Origin: a virus
Lineage: Duplodnaviria > Caudoviricetes
Reading direction: 5' to 3' (one strand)
Length of the DNA: 39,180 nt
Virus record (IMG/VR): IMGVR_UViG_3300037313_000797
Coordinates: 1 to 39,180 of that record
The translations under genes were made by a program, and so were the position numbers. The notes beneath the pieces are model-generated. The model worked only from the letters and a program-made list of their open reading frames with translations. It was not told the DNA's origin and did no database searches. Positions 7,279-14,042 of the stretch are shown here, in pieces (within the stretch, counting starts at the first letter, position 1; each line of letters opens with the position of its first letter).

Positions 7279-7763
7279 TGTTTCAAAAACCCGTGAAGCG
7301 CGGCAAGAAAGTCAAATGCTCTGAATGCGGACACACTTACCGGGAGGGCGAGGGACACCCGAAGGCCAAGTGTCAACTGCTTCAAGTGTACAAAAAGACA
7401 AACAAGCTTCACGCAGAGAAAACGGCGAATGGGTTTCCATCGAAGCTTGAAGAGGCGGTTTACAGCACTCTATTGCTCCGAGAGAGAGCAGGCGAGATTA
7501 CAGACATTCGAAGGCAGCATGCGCTGAGATTCCCGTGCGGTCCTGCTTGGAAGATTGATTTCAGCTTCATCGACGTGGCGACCGGCGAGCGGATCTATTG
7601 CGAAGCCAAGGGCGCTGAAATGGAAACATACCGGATCAAGAAAAACATGTTCGCAGGTTGTCCGGTCCTTGAAAGCGCAGGAAAGCTTGAGGTTTGGAAA
7701 GGCGAACATAAACAGCCGAAGCTTGTTGAAACGATTTACCCGAAAGACAAGGGTGGAAAATGA
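7275..7763 (+). CDS. DUF1064-like PD-(D/E)xK endonuclease with N-terminal Zn finger
   Basis: FPSKLE...AGEITDIRRQ...IDFSF...EAKG; CSEC...H...C. Confidence 0.8.
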   Translation: MMFQKPVKRGKKVKCSECGHTYREGEGHPKAKCQLLQVYKKTNKLHAEKTANGFPSKLEEAVYSTLLLRERAGEITDIRRQHALRFPCGPAWKIDFSFIDVATGERIYCEAKGAEMETYRIKKNMFAGCPVLESAGKLEVWKGEHKQPKLVETIYPKDKGGK

Positions 7764-7906
7764 CTGATCGATCCGATGAACGCGATGAGGATTTGAGATT
7801 AATTCTGCGACTCGCAATGAAATGGCCCGAGAACAAGCACTGTCAACAAATCGTGTGTATCGCAGAGGAAGCGCTTCAAGAGAGTTTTGATTTTGAAGCG
7901 AGGTGA
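7760..7906 (+). CDS. 48-aa hypothetical protein
   Basis: ATGA overlap; SD-like GGGTGG. Confidence 0.5.
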   Translation: MTDRSDERDEDLRLILRLAMKWPENKHCQQIVCIAEEALQESFDFEAR

Positions 7907-7996
7907 TTCTCACAAAAGAGCGCTCCCTGCGAGAGAGCGCCCTCATGAGTTGTGAGTATGGAATCCAAAACGTAGTACCAACCAAAAGGAAAAACA

Positions 7997-9286
7997 ATGG
8001 CACAGATTCCTGTAACTTTAACAGTTGACGATAGCGCGCTTCCAGTAGGCCCAAAAGGAGACCCAGGCGCACAAGGCATTCCAGGTGAAAAAGGAGATAA
8101 GGGAGACAAAGGAGACAAGGGTGATAAGGGAGACCAAGGTCCTCCAGGTCTACCGGGCACAGGCTCTGGCGGTCTCTCAATTCCTGGCGTTGCATCCATT
8201 GCGATCAACGGAAACGTCATGACGCTGAACATGACTGACAAATCCACGCTTGCATTCGCTGGAACGTTGACTGCTGCACCTCCTGTGCTTCCAGATGGCG
8301 TTGCACCAAACAGCATGGACGTTGTGAACGTCGCACCAGGAACTGCATTCCCATCTCTTGGATCTGCTCTCTTGGCTGTTAAAGATGGTGGAACGATTTA
8401 CATGGCAGCGGGCATGTATCAAGAGTGTGTAGATCTTGACCCTGCGGTGTTTCCAAATGGTCTGACCATCATCGGTGCTGGTGCTTATAAGACCGTGATG
8501 AACGGCAGAAGAGGCGTTGGTGCTGGTTACCGACTCTCTTGGGGCAAGGGCATTATTCATAACCGCTTGACCAAGATTTTGCTTAAAAACATCGGCTTTA
8601 TCAACGGTGGCGGCGGTGACGCAGTCTCTGATGCCGAAGCAGGTGTTTACTCTGAGCAAGCTTCTGGAACAATGACGATCGATTCTTGCGCGTTCGATGG
8701 AAACGAAAACGGTATCTTTACCCGAAGCGGTCCATTCACGCTCACAGTGAATAACTGTGACTTTGGTAAGAATCAGCCAAATGGGCTTTCTGATGGCCAG
8801 TCGCATGACATGTATGTAAGTGCTGATAATTTCATTTCGACGAATAACCGCCATTACAACTGCATGTACGGTCACGGCTTGAAGTCTCGTTCGAAGAACG
8901 TCACGACAAGCGGTAACTATTTTGCGCACGTTGGTGGACGTTGCGTAGATATCTCAGATGGAACGGCAACGGTTTGGGAGAGCACGAATGATACGTTCAC
9001 CGACCGCGCTGGTGCATCGACCAATATGATGGGTTACGCTGACGAAAGCTCCAAGAACGGTGCAGCGGGTGGCGTGATTAAAAACGCAAGAATTCACGTC
9101 TCGCGCTATGCGACGGTCTTTTGGGCGGGAGCTGGTACTCTTCAGTTCGTAGATCCAATCCTCACGGCTTATTCGAACGGAACACCAGGTCCATCGATTG
9201 TGCTTAAAGGATCGGTGACGGGACTTCCTACGCTTCCTACCCCAATCGGCGGACCACTGCCTGCGCCAGTGTCTCCATTGATGTAA
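7997..9286 (+). CDS. Collagen-repeat protein with right-handed beta-helix (pectin-lyase-like) domain
   Basis: About 12 Gly-X-Y triplets from GPKGDP; then DGGTIYMAAGMY, CAFDGNENGI, SHDMYV, GHGLKSR; SD AAGGA. Confidence 0.85.
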   Translation: MAQIPVTLTVDDSALPVGPKGDPGAQGIPGEKGDKGDKGDKGDKGDQGPPGLPGTGSGGLSIPGVASIAINGNVMTLNMTDKSTLAFAGTLTAAPPVLPDGVAPNSMDVVNVAPGTAFPSLGSALLAVKDGGTIYMAAGMYQECVDLDPAVFPNGLTIIGAGAYKTVMNGRRGVGAGYRLSWGKGIIHNRLTKILLKNIGFINGGGGDAVSDAEAGVYSEQASGTMTIDSCAFDGNENGIFTRSGPFTLTVNNCDFGKNQPNGLSDGQSHDMYVSADNFISTNNRHYNCMYGHGLKSRSKNVTTSGNYFAHVGGRCVDISDGTATVWESTNDTFTDRAGASTNMMGYADESSKNGAAGGVIKNARIHVSRYATVFWAGAGTLQFVDPILTAYSNGTPGPSIVLKGSVTGLPTLPTPIGGPLPAPVSPLM

Positions 9287-9297
9287 TCAGTAACCTT

Positions 9298-9329
9298 GGG
9301 CGGGCGCTCTTACGGGCTCGCCCTTTTTT
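9298..9329 (+). terminator. Rho-independent terminator
   Basis: GGGCGGGC/GCTCGCCC stem followed by T6. Confidence 0.75.
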
Positions 9330-9340
9330 GAGGAGTTCGT

Positions 9341-9637
9341 ATGAAGAAAGAGTTCAAGGTTGGGGATCGTGTGGCGGTTTATTGGTATGATGGGCGATTC
9401 ACTGGCAGTATTTTGCTACTCAGTAAAGAGGGTTCGACTGGTTATAGGTACTTCGTTCGCTTTAATACTGGTGTTGATAAGTGGGCTCATCACAAGCAAT
9501 GCCGCCGCCTAGTGAAAAAGAAGCGTCGGGAGTTCGATCTGCATTTTAATCACGGCGACTGCGAAGTCCGTCTCGCGTCAGATAAGGCATGGATCGGCAA
9601 TACGGAAGTCATTCGAGTTCGCGAGGTGCGCAAATGA
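9341..9637 (+). CDS. Small SH3/KOW-like protein
   Basis: SD GAGGAG; FKVGDRVAV. Confidence 0.7.
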   Translation: MKKEFKVGDRVAVYWYDGRFTGSILLLSKEGSTGYRYFVRFNTGVDKWAHHKQCRRLVKKKRREFDLHFNHGDCEVRLASDKAWIGNTEVIRVREVRK

Positions 9638-9879
9638 CCCGCGAGCAGATGAGAGAGAAGTGCGAGAAGCTTTGTGACCAGTTAGAGATTGGTTACGGCG
9701 ACTCGGACATTAGGGCAATCGAATCCTTCGCCCTTTCGATCAGGAATGAGGCGTTGGATGAAGCGGCGAACCGGATTGATCTCTATAGGCGAACAGACAA
9801 GTATGTAAATCAATACGAGAAAGAGTTTACTTTGTTGAACGCGCAAGGGCTTATCCGCGCACTTAAGGACTCCCCATGA
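9634..9879 (+). CDS. Hypothetical protein
   Basis: ATGA overlap, SD GAGGTG; RNEALDEAA motif common in small phage ORFs. Confidence 0.7.
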   Translation: MTREQMREKCEKLCDQLEIGYGDSDIRAIESFALSIRNEALDEAANRIDLYRRTDKYVNQYEKEFTLLNAQGLIRALKDSP

Positions 9880-10415
9880 CTCAGCCAGACTTTCGAGAAG
9901 AGGCGGAGAAGTACGCGGATGGAAATCAGTCATGGAGTCTTGTAGTGGCATATCAAGCAGGCGCATCGCGGGGCTACGAGGTCGGGAAGGCTGAGCGTGA
10001 TGATGAAGCGTTGGAAACTGTGGATAAGTTGATTGAGCAACGCGACCAACTCAAGCAGCAGCTTGCCGAAATGAAATGGGAGTACGAGAACGCGTGTAAG
10101 TTTGCGACTCAGTTTGAGCAGCAGCGTGATGAGGCGAGAAAGAAGCTTTCTGAGCTTGGAAACGAGTACGCCATTGTTTGTCACTTGAAGCAAGAGCTAG
10201 TTGAGCGGGAAGCGGTGATTGAAAAACTAAAGAAATGGCTCGAAGGATGGAAAACGTCTTACTACAAAGACGTGGTTCATCTCCGCACGCGACTTGCGGA
10301 TGCTGAGAGTGCCATCAAGGGCTTTACTAAATACTGTATCAAACCAGAGTGTCAGTGCTGGGCTTGCGACTATTTCGCTAAGTACTCGTCGGACGGCGGG
10401 GAAGGGAAAAAGTAA
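9876..10415 (+). CDS. Coiled-coil hypothetical protein
   Basis: ATGA overlap; heptad-rich; C-terminal Cys cluster. Confidence 0.75.
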   Translation: MTQPDFREEAEKYADGNQSWSLVVAYQAGASRGYEVGKAERDDEALETVDKLIEQRDQLKQQLAEMKWEYENACKFATQFEQQRDEARKKLSELGNEYAIVCHLKQELVEREAVIEKLKKWLEGWKTSYYKDVVHLRTRLADAESAIKGFTKYCIKPECQCWACDYFAKYSSDGGEGKK

Positions 10416-10990
10416 TGTGGTCTAACAACGATGGTATGGACCCAAATTGGCGTCCTGATTTTCCAGCGAAAAGCGATAAAGATGCAGAGATTGCGAAACT
10501 CAAGGCCGAAATCGGCAACCGTGAAGGCGAAAAGCAAGAGATGCGCGAGGTCATTGATAGGCTCAAGGCCGAAGTTGAACAGTATAAGAAAGCCGCGCAC
10601 TTGTGGGAGATGAATTGGGCTCAGCTGAGGGCCGAATTGTCCGAAGAAAAAACTAATCGTGAGCGCGATAGGCAAGAGTGGCTTAAGTGCATGGCCGAAG
10701 TGAAGAGCTTAGAGGCAACTCGCGAATCATACGACTTGATGCTTTGTCAGACTGAGAAAGAGCTAGCAAGCCAACGCGCGGAGAATGAGAGGCTGAAAGG
10801 TACTCTAATGCGCGTAGACTCCGAGCTAAGACTGCTCGCCAAGCATCATCTTGAAGCTGCCGGTAACCTTACACATGAACAAAAGGTATGGGCTCACGAC
10901 ACTCTTTTAGTGGCTGCTGGATGGATTGACAGGTTTGTTACACGCCAAGCCCTACAGAGCGCCGCAAAACTGGATGAGGGGAATGGGTGA
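10415..10990 (+). CDS. Coiled-coil hypothetical protein
   Basis: TAATG overlap; repeated LKAE heptads. Confidence 0.75.
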   Translation: MWSNNDGMDPNWRPDFPAKSDKDAEIAKLKAEIGNREGEKQEMREVIDRLKAEVEQYKKAAHLWEMNWAQLRAELSEEKTNRERDRQEWLKCMAEVKSLEATRESYDLMLCQTEKELASQRAENERLKGTLMRVDSELRLLAKHHLEAAGNLTHEQKVWAHDTLLVAAGWIDRFVTRQALQSAAKLDEGNG

Positions 10991-11181
10991 TGGAAAAGCA
11001 AACTGTTACAATACCTATCAATTTGTTTATTAATCTGATTGCCGACTTCTCTCATGCGGTTGGCTACATTGACGGTATCAAGCCAGATGCAAATCATTGG
11101 TATCAGGAATCGTTAGACACTGCGATGGAAGGCTTTCAGAAGGCTTTGGAGCAATCCAGCTCCGATGAGGGGAAGGAGTGA
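10987..11181 (+). CDS. Hypothetical protein
   Basis: Overlapping start/stop within the operon. Confidence 0.65.
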   Translation: MMEKQTVTIPINLFINLIADFSHAVGYIDGIKPDANHWYQESLDTAMEGFQKALEQSSSDEGKE

Positions 11182-11182
11182 G

Positions 11183-11377
11183 ATGACTGCCAACGATTTG
11201 TTCCGAATTCTTGAGTTAGCGATTCATGATGGCTTTGGTCACGCTGAAATTCTATTCGATACCGAGGCTAAATCTTTTGATTATCACATGGCAAAAGTTG
11301 GCGGCGCATACTTAGAGACAGAAGCGTTCCCTGATAGGCCTTTTATTTCTTTGCATGAGTGGAAGGAATCCAAATGA
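11183..11377 (+). CDS. Hypothetical protein
   Basis: SD AAGGAG before ATG 11183. Confidence 0.7.
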   Translation: MTANDLFRILELAIHDGFGHAEILFDTEAKSFDYHMAKVGGAYLETEAFPDRPFISLHEWKESK

Positions 11378-11982
11378 GCACCGACCTGCAAAAAGAAGTG
11401 GAACGGCTGAAAGCTGAAAACGCTCACATGCGAAAGGCACTCGTCGATATTTACAATCGACTGCCTATCGTAAGAACAACTGAGCCAGTCGTGGTGTCAG
11501 GACTGCTCTATGACATTGGCGAAATGGCTTGGCGTGGAATTTGTCCGCCTACCCAAACCCCACCGGAGTCCGGCGCGAAAAGCTCCGCAGAAATTCAGGC
11601 AAGAACCACTGCTACAAACGAGAGACTGAAAGAGCTAGGGCTTCAGAAGTCTCACGCTCAAAGCCCCCCAAAAGAGAGTGAAAACTGCAAACACCGACGC
11701 ATCGGTGTAATCCGCGAGATGACCGGAGAAAGGGTTGGTTTGATGTGTCTTGATTGCAAGGACGTTGAGCTAGACGACGCGCAGAATTCCCCCACAAGTG
11801 CTACAAACAAAGGAAAGGTGGTAACTATGAACCGTGACCAAATCGTTGAGGAAATCTTGAAGTTAACTCGTGAACACTTGGAAGCTGGATGCGTTGAGCA
11901 GTCAGAGGATAGGCCCCTCAGTGAGCTATTTGATAAGCTGGATGACTTTGACGCCAAGAAAATGCCAGACCAAACTGGATGA
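11374..11982 (+). CDS. Mosaic hypothetical protein, possible internal start at 11827
   Basis: ATGA overlap; CKH...CLDC; strong internal SD before MNRDQIVEE. Confidence 0.65.
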   Translation: MSTDLQKEVERLKAENAHMRKALVDIYNRLPIVRTTEPVVVSGLLYDIGEMAWRGICPPTQTPPESGAKSSAEIQARTTATNERLKELGLQKSHAQSPPKESENCKHRRIGVIREMTGERVGLMCLDCKDVELDDAQNSPTSATNKGKVVTMNRDQIVEEILKLTREHLEAGCVEQSEDRPLSELFDKLDDFDAKKMPDQTG

Positions 11983-12069
11983 GGTTACGAAACATCCCTT
12001 ATGCGACGTGAGTGTTAAGGCACGCATCCTGCTCTGCGTTGGCCCGCCGCTTGCTGTGCATATTTATGC

Positions 12070-12243
12070 ATGAATGAACAAGAGATGAGAGATCGGCTTG
12101 AGTGGCAGTTGAACTTGGTAGCGTTTGAGTTTCAAGACCTGGATTTTGAGGATGCAAAAGCGATCCTTAAGAAGGTCTGGGCTTCATGGAAACGGCAAAA
12201 ACAAAAGGACCCCGATTCTGAGAACCTTCTTCGGGCAAGTTAA
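12070..12243 (+). CDS. 57-aa hypothetical protein, last gene of the early arm
   Basis: MNEQEMRDRLEWQLNLVAFEFQ...; stop overlaps the convergent late-gene stop (TTAA). Confidence 0.55.
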   Translation: MNEQEMRDRLEWQLNLVAFEFQDLDFEDAKAILKKVWASWKRQKQKDPDSENLLRAS

Positions 12244-12527
12244 CGGCCTTGCTGGCAAGACTTAAGCTCTGTTTGCAGGCGTGCGATCTCTTGCACGAGC
12301 TTTTGATAATCAGCATAGAAGAAGGCCACGCACATATACTCAAGCGTGCCGTCTGCCTTTTTGATCGGATCACAGGCATGGATCGGCAGATCATCGTTTG
12401 CGGTCTTGCCACGAAGTTCCTTGCCAGTGCTCAATGGGTCCAATACGTAGTGCCCATCCAGTGCTATACCAGAGCATGAAAAGAGCAAGACACCAAAGAA
12501 GATTAGTAAGCCACGTTTTGATCTCAT
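12240..12527 (-). CDS. Lipoprotein, o-spanin candidate
   Basis: Basic N-terminus, hydrophobic stretch, lipobox LFSC; last late gene. Confidence 0.65.
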   Translation of the reverse strand: MRSKRGLLIFFGVLLFSCSGIALDGHYVLDPLSTGKELRGKTANDDLPIHACDPIKKADGTLEYMCVAFFYADYQKLVQEIARLQTELKSCQQGR

Positions 12528-12706
12528 AACTCTGGCCTTCCCGATTGTCTCTCTTTTGAAATGGCATCTGCCACCGCCTTTTGTTCCTCTTCAACTTTTT
12601 GCTCTGGGGTTTTAGCAGGAAAGTACTTCGTTAGAATGTCTTTCGCAGCAGGCAGCGCCTTAAAGAGGTCCAAGAGGAATTCAAAAATACCCGCAAGAAT
12701 CGTCAT
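12524..12706 (-). CDS. Small membrane-associated protein, i-spanin/holin candidate
   Basis: Hydrophobic N-terminus plus charged helix; overlaps the lipoprotein gene. Confidence 0.55.
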   Translation of the reverse strand: MTILAGIFEFLLDLFKALPAAKDILTKYFPAKTPEQKVEEEQKAVADAISKERQSGRPEL

Positions 12707-12709
12707 GTC

Positions 12710-12853
12710 CTAGCCCTCTTCTTTTGAGATGATTTTTTTACTCATGTAGCCTGGCTGAGGTGCATGCCATGCCGCTACTGCGGTAAGGAGTATTTCAAAG
12801 TACTCCTTACCTTGTTTCAGTAGCTCAACAATGAATTGCTGAGTGGCGGTCAT
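12710..12853 (-). CDS. 47-aa hypothetical protein
   Basis: MTATQQFIVELLKQGKEYFEILLTAVAAW...; fills the gap in the operon. Confidence 0.55.
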   Translation of the reverse strand: MTATQQFIVELLKQGKEYFEILLTAVAAWHAPQPGYMSKKIISKEEG

Positions 12854-12855
12854 GA

Positions 12856-13107
12856 TCAGCCCTTAAGAGCTGCCAAGATTTGGCCAGCCATGAGGCCCGC
12901 CAAAACATACTCATGCTTATCCTTGAGTTCTTCAGGGAGTGCAGAGTATCCGGCAATGGCTTGCTCAAGAGCGCCAAATTCAGCAACCACAAGCTCAGCT
13001 GGCTTCACACCGGCTTTAAGCTTCGTGATCACGTCCACAATGACGTCTTTAATTTCTTTAGATTCTTTTGGGAGATCAACGGTTTCTTGAACGAGTTGAA
13101 CGGACAT
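12856..13107 (-). CDS. Hypothetical protein in the lysis region
   Basis: SD AGGAAGG; amphipathic helices. Confidence 0.7.
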   Translation of the reverse strand: MSVQLVQETVDLPKESKEIKDVIVDVITKLKAGVKPAELVVAEFGALEQAIAGYSALPEELKDKHEYVLAGLMAGQILAALKG

Positions 13108-13145
13108 GGTTTTACCTTCCTTGGTTATATTGACTCTTCACTGAG

Positions 13146-13346
13146 TCAAACGCGTGTTTTAGATTCCATCCGGTCCACACGCTTTTCAAGCTTCTTGTGA
13201 GACTCTTTTAAGTCCACATGCCCCTGTAAAAGCTTTGCGACCTTTTCATTCAGAGATGACATGACTTTTTGCATGTCTCTCATCTCTTTAAGTACTCCGC
13301 TACAGAGGGCCATAAAAATGATGTCTTTAAAATGCTCAAACGTCAT
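13146..13346 (-). CDS. Holin-like/membrane coiled-coil protein
   Basis: SD AGGAGG; short hydrophobic segment, then coiled coil ending RVDRME. Confidence 0.55.
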   Translation of the reverse strand: MTFEHFKDIIFMALCSGVLKEMRDMQKVMSSLNEKVAKLLQGHVDLKESHKKLEKRVDRMESKTRV

Positions 13347-13371
13347 AGGGCCCTCCTGGCCAAACTACTTG

Positions 13372-13707
13372 TTAAAATCCAATTCCTTGGAAATTTGCGG
13401 TGATGTTCCCCGTTCCTGATGAATTAGTATATATGAGTTGAATAAAGCGGTAACAGAGATCAAGCTTTGGAATTAAAAATGTTCCTGATCCCGAGACGCT
13501 CACTGATGCGCCAGAAATGTCAGTCCAGTTGGTAGGGTTCTTTTTGTCATTACTTGCTTGAAGCTTTGCCGTTCCTACTGCACCTGTGGATATTACTTGT
13601 ACAGAGCCCGCAATGATTTGAGATGTGTCTTGAGGGCTTGCGCTTGTGTATGAGTTCGTTCCGCTTGCGGCAACGGTTGCTAAAATTGGGTCATTAGTTG
13701 GTCTCAT
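13372..13707 (-). CDS. Small beta-sandwich virion protein
   Basis: SD AAGGAG, ATGA overlap; GTAKLQASND...NWTDI...YRFIQLIY; resembles 16957-17328. Confidence 0.7.
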   Translation of the reverse strand: MRPTNDPILATVAASGTNSYTSASPQDTSQIIAGSVQVISTGAVGTAKLQASNDKKNPTNWTDISGASVSVSGSGTFLIPKLDLCYRFIQLIYTNSSGTGNITANFQGIGF

Positions 13708-14042
13708 TTGTTCTCCTTTTTTCCTATCTTCACCCAAGTCATTTCGCGCCCTGCGCACGTCGTGGTCTCAGATGTGTCAACTTCGTGGTTGTTTCCCATG
13801 AATCTTTGGATGGCTCTTGCGTGTTTAGGCATGACGCTGCCAAAAAATTCAGAGATCCCGTACTTGTTCAAAGTCTCAACAACCTCATCGACAACAGCGT
13901 AAAATCCACTGCCATTGAGCGAAAAGATGAACCCCTTTGATCCGTCAACATACACGTCGAATACAGAGTCATACTGATCTGCGTGTTCTCCATAGACTCG
14001 GACTTGGAGCATCTTGATTGAGACTTCGATTCGTTTTTTCAT
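13704..14042 (-). CDS. Hypothetical protein (possible degenerate GNAT-like fold)
   Basis: TAATG coupling to the fibre gene; beta/alpha pattern only. Confidence 0.6.
   Translation of the reverse strand: MKKRIEVSIKMLQVRVYGEHADQYDSVFDVYVDGSKGFIFSLNGSGFYAVVDEVVETLNKYGISEFFGSVMPKHARAIQRFMGNNHEVDTSETTTCAGREMTWVKIGKKENK

Noticed and set aside
7470-8929. Long minus-strand ORFs (241, 146 and 250 aa)
   Set aside because: Antisense shadows of well-supported plus-strand genes; no motifs
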